Assembly: GCA_951406725.2 (NCBI GenBank)
Contig: OX597821.1
Coordinates: 61,256,001-61,320,000 of the forward strand
DNA length: 64,000 nt
Direction: 5' to 3'
Source of the DNA: Octopus vulgaris
Taxonomy: Eukaryota
In this document: positions 1-13,789 of the stretch, in pieces
Layout of the letters: the number at the start of each line of letters is the position of its first letter
How positions within the stretch are numbered: the stretch's first letter is position 1
Translations under genes and position numbers: made by a program
Notes under the pieces: generated by a model
What the model saw: the letters and a program-made list of their open reading frames with translations, nothing else
Told to the model about the DNA's origin: nothing
Databases searched by the model: none

Positions 1-1583
1 GTTACACTAGGATAACTTACAGTAAAACAAGCTATAAGTGGGGTGTTGCTTTCAGGTAGTGTATAGAGATTTCAGTTACTAATTCAAGTTGTAATAAATC
101 TGTTTCATATGAGTTCGACACCCAGCTAGCTTCCACTTACAATAGCATAATGTGTTTTTTTTTCAGTTTTACGGAACTCTAGCTACCTCACTGCGTTGAT
201 AGACAAAGTCTTGGGAGTAAACATTATAATGAATCCAGATTGGAGTCTGAGGTGGAATTGGTGTCATTATTCAATACTTTCCGAGCAGTCTTGTAGCTAA
301 ATTGCTTTGCACTAATCAGTGTCACACCAGGAAGAAAGCAAGGGGATCCCTGGGGTTGAGAAATCGAAGACCTTTATACAATCGCCCAATCTTTCGTTCT
401 GGAGATATCACTTAACTGTTACTATGGATACAAACAACTATAGAGCATCAATAGCTGGGAAAGTGTTGGACTGTAGCTAAAATTTTGACTGATAAGTATT
501 GTAAAACTCAATTTTTTCTTGAGATGTGTGGATGCCAAAGAAGAAATATGAGCATAAAAAAGTTATTTAAAAAATCCTATTCTAAACACTCTTTTTTCTG
601 CTGGGAATAAAATAGAGTAACGGTGTTCTTAATAACAAATCTTTGGTATTTTTTACTGACACGTTAACGCCGAGAAAATTTCTCAGGATTCTTATTCACG
701 GAACAAACATGTTTACTACATTTCAGAAAACAACAAATGATTTTATTCTCATGTGTGTGGATTGTATATAATAATATTCAGTGACATTTTACCAGACCAA
801 AAGTATCCACGGTCCTAATAGATAATAGATTATCTGAGTTTTAACTTCTATCTTTTCTGTAATTACCCACCGATTATTTACCATAAGATTTGTGTGTTGA
901 TAAAATACAGTTACATTGAACAGACGACATTTAAACAACGAACTTATTTGAATAATAATAGGAATCTCACTAGCATTTTTATTATATACCAAATATCCAT
1001 ACAATTTCACTTTTCAATGAAACTTTGAATCTTGCTGCAAGAAGAATTGTAGCCTTTTGTGACTGGTTGGTGTGTGTTTACTTAGATATAGACATTGAGT
1101 TTAGCGAATATTTTACTGTCACAAGCGTCAGTATCGAAAGTACGTCACTCTCTTTTAATATTATCATACACAGAAACATTGACAGCTTTATCTTATCTGA
1201 AGGAATGAGGGCAAATTATCAGATATTTAAAAAATTTTCTATTCCTTCCTTTACAAAACTTATCGTAGTAACATAATAAAATCAATTTTATTTCAGTGAC
1301 GGTTTCAGTAAATATGTCCAAACACACACACACACGCACACACAAAAGGAAAAGAAATACATCTTGCATTTACATGTGTTCGTAAATATTATCATTTCAT
1401 GATGACTATCATTATGTTTATGAAATACCTATAAATCTGGGACCGCTATACTATACTTAAATTTTAGCAATTGGTGTTCAGTTACTTTTAGTTGTTGTAT
1501 CGGTTACACTTGATTATAGACAGTTGGAAAACCTTTAAAACATTATAAAGCTTCTTTTCATATGTAATATTTTACGGTGAGGT

Positions 1584-1790
1584 AAGCGGCTAGCAGAATC
1601 GTTAGCATGCTGGACAAGATCTTAACTGCACTTCGTCACCGTTTACGTTCTTAGTTCAAATTTCGACATGGTTGACTTTGCCATTCGTCCTTTTAGGAGT
1701 CGACGGAATAAGTACCTGTTGAAAACTGGGTTCGATGTAGTCGACTCTCTCTCCCGGAGTTGTTGACCTGATGCTAAGATTTGAAACCAA
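1584..1790 (+). mobile_element. tRNA-derived SINE, family A, degenerate copy
   Basis: Matches the repeat at 9494-9724 (gcagaatcgttagca...gttcaaatt...gactttgcc.ttc.tccttt...gtcga...aataagtacc). Confidence 0.75.
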
Positions 1791-1926
1791 TATTTTAAGG
1801 TGTGGTTGGTGTGGCAACAAATCTCCAGGGCGCTGGATTATAGGTTTTCTGACATTGTGGTGACGTCTCTTTTGAGGGCGATATACTGTATGCAGTAATA
1901 TAATAAAGTTGATGAACCCGACTGTA

Positions 1927-2191
1927 AAAAATAAATAAATAAATGCGCCCTTTTAAAGCCTAACCAGGCTCATGTGTCCGGTTTCCCGGTTTCAATGGCC
2001 TGTGTGTTTCCCAGCTGGACGGGACGCCGGTCTATCGCAGCGTTACTCATTTTTGCCAGCTAGGTGGACTGAAGCAATGTGAAATGAAGTGTGTTTTGCT
2101 CAAGAACACAACGCGTCGCCCGATCCAGGAATCCAAACCACAATCTTACGATCATGATGCTGACACCCTAACCACTAAGCCACGCGCCTCC
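1927..2191 (-). mobile_element. tRNA-derived SINE, family C, full length with TSD
   Basis: The minus strand starts ggaggcgcgtggcttagtggttagggtg (A-box) and has gtgttcttgagcaaaacacttcatttcac internally. It is flanked by gaacccgactgta (1914-1926) and gaactcgactgta (2194-2206). Confidence 0.85.
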
Positions 2192-3025
2192 ACGAACTCG
2201 ACTGTACTCAACCTAAAATATTTCTATGTTCCAATGCTAGGACTTAATATTAGTTTGGATGAGGTAGATAAACCTGCTCCAGAGTATACTAGTGGTTAGC
2301 ATTTCGATGTAGACTCAGTCAGTTTTAATGTTAGGATATTCTTCATAAAAATAGAACAATTTACAATTAAACATGAAGCATGAATATAAATTTACAAAAC
2401 TCCCAACTTTATATAAAGCCAATGTTTTGCTGGTTCATATGATTCTTATTAAACATTAGAGTAAGCATTTTTCTTGCTTTACATTTACCAGCAGGGAAAC
2501 GCGACAGAAAACGAGGAGTGATATATTTCTGAGCATTTACTGAATTTGCACTGGCTGAAGTTGTTCGCTAGCATGTGTATAGATTTTATGCATATATATA
2601 TATATGCATAAGTATTCTGTTGCAAGGCTATTAATCACTTCATATAGAATAATATTGAAGGAAACAAATTTATCCTGTGTCACATAAATCCCAAGTAATT
2701 GATCATCTTCAAACACAAATATTTGCGAGATTAATTTCGCTTCGCCTAACAGATGTATTAGTATGTGTGTTAAGCAAGATCTTTTGGATACATAACCTAA
2801 AGTGAATCGTTAAATAATTACAGATCAAACAATGAAATAAGACCATAGAAACAAACATTTAATTTCGAAAATTTCATATTTAAGCAGCAGGATCATAATA
2901 TATCAAATGTGAATTTGTGATGTGAGTGTTTGTGCTAAAATACCAAACCATTAAGGGCTAAAAGAAAGAAAAGGGTAAGTTGGGGGGAGTGAGGAGCATA
3001 TACAAAATAAATGAAACGGAACACG

Positions 3026-3078
3026 ATATATTGCGAGAGATTGATAGATAGATTAATACATAGATAGATAGAGTGAAT

Positions 3079-3123
<45 letters not shown>

Positions 3124-3130
3124 GAGAGAA
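3026..3130. repeat. (GATA)n/(GA)n microsatellite
   Basis: Visible directly. Confidence 0.9.
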
Positions 3131-3910
3131 AATGTGAGTGTATGTGTGTGTATGATGCAAAAATGTATGCTGCTTATAAAGTGAAAGACAGATTTTAAAC
3201 GCTACTCTTGTTCTTCCTTCATCGTGTTCCACACCAATAGTAACTGTTTAAAAAGTATAAATTAGTGATAGAGGCAGTGTTAATATCAAGAGATAATATT
3301 TATCCCCATTTAAACGTGGATGTTCAGCTAGAACAAGCTATAACGCGGTAGTCACCACGATAGAAATTCTCATACTAGGCTTTGGTGCAAAAAGCACTCT
3401 TCTTTATGTCACCAACGGAGAGATAAATGCCCACCACTCCAGCGCGGAGACCACGAGATAATTTCGACTTTTCTTGGTCTTGTCAAAGAAGGATACTCGA
3501 CCGCTAGAGATAAAGGCAGTTCATCTCCCCCATCAACGCTGCATATGATAACAATGTCAAAGCAGGCACTGGTGTCGCGACTAGCCAGTGAGTTTGTTAA
3601 AATTATATATATTAGCGACAGAGGCCGTAACTCGTTATCATCAACTTCCACACTTTTCGCCCCAAACACGACTTCGTATGCTATTGGGCCGTTCTTTCTG
3701 AAGACAGCTGTTAAGGCCATCAAGTATCTTCTTTACCCTGACTTCTGCTTCAATGCACTTTGTCAGACAGCGCACAAGGACTTATCTTCTCATGCGTTCT
3801 TAATTGAATTGAGTGAGCCCCTTGTCTTCTTATACTACTTTTTTACTCTCTAGTTACAGCTCAGAGCTGCGGCCATGCTGATGCGCCGCCATTTAAAAAT
3901 TTGTCAGCAG

Positions 3911-3983
3911 CAGGCCCTGAAATTCGAACTCACATCCCTGTGATTACCAGTCAAGTGCTTTACCAATTAAGCTAAACTGTCCT
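3911..3983 (-). pseudogene. tRNA-like relic (tRNA pseudogene or SINE head; GGT anticodon-like loop)
   Basis: The minus strand has A-box tagcttaattggta, loop ctggtaa and B-box gagttcgaatttc. The stems pair imperfectly. Confidence 0.55.
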
Positions 3984-4151
3984 CTGACTATCGAAAAGTG
4001 AGAGATAAAAGTCTCTCATTTATTTTCGTAGCCGCAATAAACTCAGAAATATATATAAAATGAACTCTCCTTCACAAATAGACACTGTGTGGGTGTGTTT
4101 GTGTGCGAAAGTGTTGCAGAATAGATACATAACTTGAGAGATAATGCATGC

Positions 4152-4200
<49 letters not shown>

Positions 4201-7149
4201 AGAGTGAGAGAGATAGAAATGTAAGATAAAGAAGTAAAAGCTAAAGAACGAGAAAATATTTTTTGAGTTACAGGTGAAGAGAAATGATATCAGAGACATA
4301 AGAAAATATACTTCACTAAATAGAGAGACAGAACAACCAACACACCTCAAAATGAGAGATAGATAGATAGATATACAGACAGACAGACAGACAGATAGAT
4401 AGATACATAGATAGATAGATAGACAGATAAATAGATAGAGAGAGAGAAAGCAAGAGGGTGTGAGAGAGAGTAACACCAGAACATACGCTGCATCACAAAG
4501 GGAGTGAGAGACTATACACGCTGCTCTTGTTCTTCGTGTACCTTACCCACAGGAAAAGGAACATGATATGATATGGCAATCAACTAAGAAAAGTAAGCTG
4601 AATACAATTAGCTTTGTTTGTTCCTCATTTTGTTTTTTTACAGTAAGGTATAATTTAAATTTGATGAAGACGTTAGTTATACAATAAATAATCTTAAAAA
4701 AGTACATTGGAAAAGAAAAGAAACGACGCCGATTATTGTTGATAGGAACGTGGTCATACCATTAAAATAAGTCACAGAAACTACTTATACGTGGTTGTTC
4801 ACTAGAATATATGAAGACAGACACCTGCGCATTACATTATTCAACGAAAACATTGTACTTTTAGGATCAATCACATTTCGCGACAATTTCGGATAAAGCT
4901 TTCTTCTTTCGCATTTTGTCGACCAACTTGCTATCCGTAGACAGCAAATTGAGTAGAAACCTGCTTGAGAGATGACCATCATGTGTACGTTATACATGTA
5001 ATACGTCACCCAGTTTGCTATTGTCTCTTTGGATTTCGGTGCCTCTGCTCAATAAAAACTCACTCCTTTCTTTTCTATTAAGCTCAATGACTCAAATGGT
5101 GTTAAGAGCGTTGCTCTTTTCAGCAGACTGAGTAATAAATACACAGGAGTGGAATATAATGAATAAAATAGTTTTTTTTTCTTAATCATTTTTAACATGT
5201 TTAATATCACTCTCTCTCTCTCTCTCCCTCTCTTTCTCTCTCCTATTTGTGCAATTTAGAATATATATATATAAAGAATCATAACGTGTTAAACGGATAA
5301 CATTTGACTTCGGATTACATTTAGACGGATATTTTCATGATTTGCGTTAATATTTATCATATCAATATTCATAGTTTACTGTATTTATTACAAGTTAGTT
5401 ATGTATTTGAAAAGATATAAATTTATTGTGTGAACAGTATTTCTATTTTACAAAAGTCTTGCTTCTCAAATTCTATTGCATTTCGTATAATGATGACTTT
5501 GTTATGTTCCTCCAAGTCAGATCCATGATCTTTTCTGATTCAGTAATATCTATTCAGTCATTGGTTCTCACATATGCTAATGTATTACCCAATTCTCCCT
5601 CCTTTCTTCAGACATTAATACATATATGATCTAATGAAGAACAACTCGGTATTTCCTGCCTTCTAACAAAATTCTAGACGTTCGCTCAATTAGAGGATTG
5701 GCGTGCGTAGTTAGGTGGCTTTCTTCGTCGTTAGTAAAATGCCTGAAAAAGATGCTACATCATCGATTGAATTGTAAATAATTATTGAAATCGAGGAATG
5801 CTTGCAAATTGCCACAATACAGGCACAATAGTACATACTGATAATAAATGTTTCTCATGTTACGAAAAGAAACTGTATTCTGAATGCGAATGGCTATACG
5901 TAAAAAAAAAAAAATAATGTCACTGAAACAAATTCCTACTACATTGTGATACTGGTTTATTTCTATCTTGAATTATAAACTTAAAATAATACTATTCTGT
6001 TGACTTGTATAATGGAAAATCTGATAGAATTTATCAGTAAAGGAAGCAACAAATATCAAATTACAGAAAATGTACATTGGAGGAAGGAAATAAAATAATT
6101 TTGGAGGAATGCCAGTGTGCAGAGTATCTGGCGCCAAATAATATTACTTCACGTTTGAATTTCCTTTTTTGTCTAGACGTCATTTTTTAATACAAGTTTC
6201 TACTAAATAGTATTATACGTACATTTATTAAATTGGCTTCGTTACACATTCTGTTACTTTTCCGGCTCAGTTAGCCTATGTTATTACTTATTGATTTTCA
6301 TAAAAGAAGAAAAAAAAAACCAAATGCTCGTTTGTTTTTTCCGCTGTCTTTAAGTTCTTTTTGTTTTGTATTAATTTCCTCGTCGGCTCATACAATATCG
6401 AACCTTTATGTAAAATATTGGCAACTTGGCTGTTTTCTTTTTTGAAATTTAATTTGCCTTCCTTTTACATTCATGGAAACTAACAAGGAAATATAATTTT
6501 TTTTATGATATAACAGACTATAGAACTATCTGGCTTATATCGTACGTAGAAAAAATAGTTTTACCTATACTAATACCTGCTGCATGTTAGTCATCAGAGG
6601 ATTTATTCAAACTTTAATTCATAGATCATTATGTAATTGTAATGTTCAGAAAAAAAATACATAGTATTATTCCAGATTAGCTGAATCTTTAATATAAAAG
6701 TAAAGAGCTGAAAGAGAAAAAAATAGCATTTAAGCATTTCTTTTTATTTCTAAAGAAGATTATTTCTTTTGCAAACTTTTACAAATACTTCTTCAAATTT
6801 TCGTGAATATATATATATAAAAACAAAGCGGATTATGGCATCCAGCATAATCTTAGGCTTTGTTGATTTTTAAGCTGAGTATTATGCATATAAATTGTAA
6901 ACTAAAAATAAAATCAAGTATTAAAAAGTAATTACAAGGACATGAAAAGATAATTTAAGTAAACATACGTAATATGCTTGTTTAAACCTATAAAATATGT
7001 ATGTATATATGTATGTGTGTATAAATATACACTCACACACACACACATATATGGTGGTGGAATTTATATAGTACATACTTATCTAAAAGTAATACTATGT
7101 CGGCTACTTGTTAAAGCACGCACCTAGCGATTTTCGCTAATAATTTGTG

Positions 7150-7187
<38 letters not shown>

Positions 7188-7660
7188 CTATCTCTTTCAT
7201 TTAAGATCTATATTACTTCAGAGAGATCTTTGGCGTAACAGCTGATTTCATGTATGAGTTTCTCCTGTTTAATAACAGATATTTTTATGTAAGAGTGAGG
7301 GGAAGGAAATGCACCCATATTATAATAAACTATACTCATACATACTCAAACATACATATACGTAGATATGTACATCTTTGTGAATATGTTTTAATGCGTT
7401 TAGAGTATATAGCGTGTACCACACAATGTCCTCCTGCTTTTAAGATCATTTATAATAAAGATATCGTCCACTTAAAATGGGGACCGTATTGAAAATTAAG
7501 AGCATTTTATAGAACAAAACGCTCAAAAGAAAATCGAAATATATTCAATTAAATTCTATAAAATTCTTTAACATTTATATACAGTTAATTCTTTAAAACA
7601 GAACGCAAGAAATCTGGTTTACGAAAATGTATCATAAAAAAGGAACCTTAGATTTTACAT

Positions 7661-7874
7661 AGTTATCAATTTCAGGAGGTTTACATTGTTGGTAAGAAAG
7701 CATTGTGGAATTCTAGAAGCCACATACTATCTATCTATAAAGGCATCTAACAGAATGCTAGAAGCATAATTTTCTGAAGCACAGACCATTTTTGCTCATA
7801 CTGGATATTGAGAATTTCATCAAATACATTTGTCTTAATCTACGTAACAATTCACCCTAACAATCAGTATTTGA

Positions 7875-7925
<51 letters not shown>

Positions 7926-8537
7926 GAAGGAAGAAAGAGGTGCAGACAGAGACATATAAACAGACAGACAGACAGAGCGTTAATACACGGATGCGAAATC
8001 TTATCCAACCTCCTTTATAATCTTGACATCAATCGAGTTTCTCAATAGACTTGAAATAGTACATGAAATACCCTCATATGCAATACGTGGTATAAAATAG
8101 AAACACCGTGCAACAATATTATGCTCAGATATACAAATGTGTACAACGTCGTACCCGCTTAAAGAAAATGGCGTTTTATTTCGAATAAATGAGAAACTCG
8201 ATTGATGTCAAGATTATAAAGGAGGTTGGATAAGATTTCGCATCCGTGTATTAACGCTCTGTCTGTCTGTTTATATGTCTCTGTTTACCCCTCTTTTTTC
8301 CTTTCTTTATTTCTTTCTTTCTTTCAAATACTGATTGTTAGGGTGAATTGTTACATAGATTAAGACAAATGTATTTGATTAAATTCTCAATATCCAGTAT
8401 GAGCAAAAATGGTCTGTGCTTCAGAAAATTATGCTTCTAGCATTCTGTTAGATGCCTTTATAGATATATAGTATGTGGCATCTAGAATTCCACAATGCTT
8501 TCTTACCGACAATGTAAACCTCCTGAAATTGATAACT
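7661..8537. repeat. Long inverted duplication; arms 7661-8044 and 8190-8537, 145-bp spacer
   Basis: The arms are near-exact reverse complements and differ mainly in (GAAA)n/(CAGA)n length plus a few substitutions. Confidence 0.95.
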
Positions 8538-8682
8538 TTTCTTTTGATAATATTTCTCACAAAAACAGTTTGGGATGAAGACTACTACAAGTGCATTAGT
8601 GTTATCTACCAGTGAAATTGGTGACTTTCAAAATATTCAACAGTCCCACGACCTTCATTTCACACAGATGACTGATTGTGCC

Positions 8683-8886
8683 TTTTACTCTTTTACTTTT
8701 TTCACTTATTTGGCTGTGGCCATGTTGGAGCACCGCCTTTAGTCGAGCAAATCGACCCCAGGATTTATTATTTGTAAGCTTAGTACTTATTCTATCGGTC
8801 TATTTTGCCGAATCGCTATGTTACGGGGACGTAAACACACCAGCATCGGTTGTCAAGCGATGTTGGAGGGACAAACACGCACACAT

Positions 8887-8957
<71 letters not shown>

Positions 8958-9127
8958 CATATATACGACGAGCTTCATTCAGTTTTCGTCAACCAAATCC
9001 ACTGACAAGGCTTTGGTCGACCCGAGGCTGTAGTAGAAGATACTTGCCCAAAGTGCCACGCAGCCGGACTGATCCCAGAACCATGTGGATCGTAAGCAAA
9101 CTACTTACCACGCAGCCACTCCTTGCG
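8683..9127 (-). mobile_element. tRNA-derived SINE, family B, with internal (TA)n(TG)n
   Basis: Minus-strand head ggagtggctgcgtggtaagtagtttgc...gtggcactttgggcaagt and tail gcggtgctccaacatggcc...gtaaaagag. Other copies are at 27499, 36935, 41085 and 56220. Confidence 0.85.
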
Positions 9128-9493
9128 AATTTTCAGCACAAAGTGTGGCCATACGTGGGCATTAGCATTAGTCCCTTATCAGTAATTAGTCCGGTATCAA
9201 TGTCAACGGTTTCCTGAATCTCTACGATTATATTATGCCAAAAAACAATTTTGCATGATTACTATGTTGAATTCCTGAACGATTACGATGTACGTAAGGC
9301 ACACAGTTTCTTAAGGTGGCACCAAACGCGTTTGATCTGGATACATGTAAACCATAAGTACACATAACTACGCCTCACAGTTTAGATTCTAAAACAGTTA
9401 GTAGACTAGCCTGCCAGTATAGTAATACCTACTGCTGGCTGGAGTTTTCTGTAAGCTAGGGTTCAGTGTTTAATGTACCTATGATTAGACCTA

Positions 9494-9724
9494 GGTGGCG
9501 AGCAGGCAGAAACGTTAGCACACCGGGCGAAATGCTTAGCGGTATTTCATCTGCCACTACGTTCTGGGTTCAAATTCCGCCGAGGTCGACTTTGACTTTC
9601 ATCCTTTCGGGGTCGATTAAATAAGTACCAGTTACGTATTGGGGTCGATGTAATCGACTTAATCCGTGTGTCTGTCCTTGTTTCCCCTCTCTGTGTTTAG
9701 CCCATTGTGGGTAGTAAAGAAGTA
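9494..9724 (+). mobile_element. tRNA-derived SINE, family A, full length with TSD
   Basis: ggtggcgagcaggcagaaacgttagc...gggttcaaattcc (B-box), flanked by gattagaccta (9483-9493) and gattagatcta (9725-9735). Confidence 0.9.
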
Positions 9725-11375
9725 GATTAGATCTAGAGCTTAATTAGTCATGGTGATAGGACGTTATCGTAAGGGTAATAAGAGGGCAGTCATGCTTATT
9801 CTTTCTTTCTACTATAAACCCAAGTTAAAGTGGAATGTGATATAAAAAGCACTCATATCCTTCATTCATAAATTGCAAATACGCACACTTCCTCCCTGTG
9901 ATCGGCTTGAAAAATTATGATATTAACATGGTATCTTTAATACAAAACTGAAGAAATGTTATCCATCAATGCGGCGTTGAGCACTCATTCGTGTGTGCGC
10001 ATGCGTATATGTCTCACAAAACGCGTAGCCTACAAGCTAGGATGTTGATGCAATCACCTTCCTAAGATCGAGATTTTGAATCTCAGATCAGTAGTGAGTT
10101 GTGTTCTTCAGGAAAAGACATCACTTCACGTTCCTCCAGTCACATCAGGTGTAAATAGGTAATCCTGCGGTTGCCGTTGACTCGTGTTCTGTTCAAGAGT
10201 ATTGTTGTTCATCCCACCAAAACCAGCGGGGCGGCATCATTCGGAATCTAAAACAAGGCGAAGCGCATTGTGAAATAATATATAGAATCTTTTAATCTGT
10301 TCATGCATGCATACACAAATGCATACACACATACACACGCACACATATACATACATACGTCCAAGCACACACACGTGTTTGTATGTGGCTGTATATAGAT
10401 ATTGATTTATACATACATATATGTATACATACACACACATATGTTTGTATGTATGTATTATGTATGTATGTATGTATGTATGTATGTATGTATGTATGTA
10501 TGTATGTATGCATAAGGAAAGGAGCATCATCTTCGTTAACGAACGTAAACTTCAAAGCGTGCGAAACAGCCAAATTACTTGTATCTATAATGTTCATAAA
10601 AATTACCTTTTTGGTTGAAATGCAATTGTATGAAAATGAGCTGCTCACTTCCCAAAAAAAGAAAAGCGATAAATAGATAAAGTTATAAAAATAAATATTC
10701 TTCTTTATCCTGCCCCTGAATGACCTTGAAGAATTATCGCTAATAATATAATTGATTGCAATGCTTACTTGAGCACAAAAAGAACAAAATCAATGGAGTA
10801 GATGTATGTTCATTAATTCTCAGATTATGCTACATTTGTTTCTAACTCGTGGAATAGTTCTGCCCTCTATAGCTAAGATACATTAAGGAAGATGAAATGA
10901 ACAATGTTGAACGGAAATTAGACATCAATATAAAAAACAACAACACCCTAGCGCCATTAGGTGACACTGACCGATTAAATACCTTATGTGTCAGACTCGA
11001 TATGCATGCCTCATTTATTTTGTGAATGTATCGAAGTTACAAGACAAGAAAAAGTTGGTTTCCACAAAATTCAATTTGTAATACTTAGGCGTGGAAAGTG
11101 TAGTATTTCGCACCAGTTGAAGTGTCAAGCTATGACAATCTTAGATATTATTGCACTTTGTTACCTTTTATTGTTTATATATTTGAATCATGAGATTGCA
11201 GTCATGACGGTTTCCTCATTCGATTGATTCTTCTTCCGATCCCCTCATATACCAGGGACGTAAGCAATTCAACACCGGTTGTTAAACAGGAGGGTGGCGG
11301 AGAAGCACAAAGGAACGCACACCCATCCATCAATCCATACATACATACACACACACGCATACACATATGTATAAA

Positions 11376-13211
11376 TCTGTATATCTATAAAAGGCAGGAT
11401 GTGTGTGTGTGTACGTGAATGTAATTTATGCACGTCCACAAATTAGCACCCATGTCGCTCCAATTTTAGAACATTGGTCACGATCATGGCTGTGTTTTTG
11501 TCAACTTATTTTCCCCTGATAGTGGTAAAATCGATCTTCAACCATAACTTATTTACCACGGATAGTGGTAAAAATCGATTTTCAACCATAACTTTGACCA
11601 ATTTCGACGTCGGTGAAATCCGCAGGTTTGCTAATATGAGTTAAGTCACTTGTCTAGCAATGGCGAAAAGGAAAAACAAAGGGTAAATTTTTAGATTAAC
11701 ACCCACACGATTTTCAGTAAGAAAAAAGAAAAATCAGGGATTTTTACGTGGAATCAAGTACCCTGACTTCCTAATATGCCGCAAATCCCTTATTTTGGTT
11801 CGGAAAAGAAGTGGCTTCGGAGAGAGGGACCCCCCCCCCCCCCCATCTCGGAATCATTGGAATTGATTTTTTTCGTTGAATGAATTTCTGTTACCTCCTA
11901 ATGTGCTACAAAACGCTCTTTGGGGTCCGAAAAACGGAGAGGAGTGAGATTGAAGCCTTGGAAATCCCCCCCTTGATATTTTCACCCATACCATATTCAC
12001 TAAGGAAAAAAAGAATCGGAATTTTTTGCGTGGAATCAAGTACCCTGACCTCCTAATATGCTGCAAATCCCTTATTCGGAAAAAAGGGGTGCGGCGAGCC
12101 CCCCATCCCCCCAATCCCGGATTCATTGGGGATTTCGCTGAATGAATTCCTGTGACCTCCTAATACACTACAAAACCCTTTTTGAGTCCGAAAAATGGGG
12201 TGCGGTGAGGTGGAAGACTCGGAAATTTTACCCACTCCCAACATTTTACAGAAATAAATTTTCCAGAGAGTGAGTTACATGGTTTGTTATTAAATATATA
12301 TATGTGACATACTGTGTGTGTGTGTGTATATATATAAATATATATAATAATGTGCAAATTTTCGATGCAACCTTCCCCAATGCAGATCTTCGATGCAAGC
12401 TTGACCGATAATACACCTAGGAGAGCTTATGTCTAGATCGCGATTAGTCGCTGCCTTTCAGGGGCTTCTGAGCCCCCTTTCGCTAGGTTAGCTTAGGCTT
12501 AGGTTAAGGCTTAGTTGTGATCCGAACATAACTTTTTCTAACACAGAGGATCGGGAGCCTTTTTGGGCGTTCTATTTTCTTTGCTGGAAACACTCCCAAC
12601 CCATAGGCCAAGTGGGGTTAGATGATGGGGATGGTTTCGAAAGGGCCAGCATGTGCAACCTTATCACCTCTGCCGGTCAAACCCCCAACCTATGGGTTCC
12701 CGTCACGACCCAGATTCTGCAGAGCTGGGTTGGGTGTGAAAACCAGCTTTAAAGTATAAATATAGATTTTTTGAATCAGCAATGTTGTGTTCGATTAAGT
12801 CCTATTTGGGGTGAAAATCAATAAACGATTCCTTATGGGTTTTTCTTTCAATCAGGATGAAAAATCGATAAACCGATTCCTTATAGGATTTCTCTCCAAA
12901 ATTAGCTACACCCCATTTTCTACCTTAAATTTTACCAATTTTGATGTATTCTGTTCAAACTTGATGCCGGCGTAAATTAGGACTCATGGGATCTTTTAAT
13001 GCTTTAACCTCCACCCCCCAAAAAAAATCGGTGAGTGGAAAATCTATTCCTTATGGAATTTCCGAATCAAATTGTCTGCAACCCATTTTCAGTTAAGCGT
13101 TTACCAGTTTCAGCGTTTACGTCAGTGTTACTTAGTTTGGTTTGAAACAAAGCGCTTGCTTACCCTAATAATCCTAACTTAATCCCGGGCAACGCCAGGC
13201 TATATTGCTAT
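11376..13211 (+). mobile_element. Non-autonomous Helitron-like element with internal tandem repeats
   Basis: The 5' end is A|TCtgtatatctataaaag. The 3' end has a GC-rich subterminal hairpin cccgggcaacgccagg (13184-13199) followed by CTAT|T, a decayed CTRR. Internal ~280-bp duplicates lie at ~11740-11945 and ~12021-12210. Confidence 0.65.
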
Positions 13212-13292
13212 TATAATATATATGTGTAAATATGTATAAATATATATATATTTATATACTTTATTTAAAAGCAGCAGAAAATTCAACAAAAC

Positions 13293-13330
13293 CTGTTACT
13301 CTGAGTTTCACGTTCCCGTTCGTCGGACAG
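13293..13330 (-). ncRNA. Minimal type I hammerhead ribozyme motif (U4C core)
   Basis: CUGU-CCGACGA-ACG ggaa CGU-GAAA-CUC a GAG-UA-ACAG. All three stems pair and the cleavage triplet is GUA. Confidence 0.8.
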
Positions 13331-13345
13331 TTTTTGCTAGAAAAA

Positions 13346-13383
13346 CTGTCCGACGAACGGGAACGTGAAACTCAGAATAACAG
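13346..13383 (+). ncRNA. Mirror copy of the hammerhead motif (one stem III mismatch)
   Basis: ctgt CCGACGA acg ggaa cgt GAAA ctc a gaa TA acag. Confidence 0.7.
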
Positions 13384-13486
13384 GTTTTGTTGAATTTTCT
13401 GCTGCTTTTAAATAAAGCATATTACTCTACGCCTGGTATCTGAGTATTCTTTTTTTCACCTTGTTTCACATTTTTGTGTTTACTCC

Positions 13487-13489
<3 letters not shown>

Positions 13490-13558
<69 letters not shown>

Positions 13559-13565
13559 TATATAA

Positions 13566-13615
<50 letters not shown>

Positions 13616-13712
13616 GTATATATATGTATAAATATATATATATGTATATAAATAAATATATATATATATGTACATATATATGTGTGTGTGTGTATATATT
13701 ATATATATAAAT
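13490..13712. repeat. (TA)n microsatellite
   Basis: Visible directly. Confidence 0.95.
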
Positions 13713-13789
13713 AGAAATATTACATTTCTAAATATCTCAGAGAGATATAAGCAGTAGTAGTACAATAGAGTAGTTGTATACTGTCAACG

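Larger units (their letters stand above)
13259..13489 (+). mobile_element. Palindromic HHR element in (TA)n (159-bp palindrome 13259-13417 plus 72-nt tail); Penelope-like inverted pLTR remnant
   Basis: Near-perfect palindrome with TA-rich tracts on both sides. The same tail occurs at 33775-33846 on the minus strand. Confidence 0.8.

Noticed and set aside
167-300. Possible exon after a polypyrimidine-AG acceptor
   Set aside because: The open frame is short, with no recognisable protein or convincing donor site.
3409-3723. ORF with faint resemblance to a Gypsy integrase C-terminus (GPIAYEV...NELRP)
   Set aside because: It is too short and weak, with no other LTR-element motifs nearby.
7186-7250. 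Minus strand gaaatcagctgtta near (TA)n, resembling an HHR 3' half
   Set aside because: There is no upstream core box or stem II.
8678-9217. 179-aa ORF with a signal-peptide-like start
   Set aside because: It is the antisense reading of a family B SINE plus a microsatellite.
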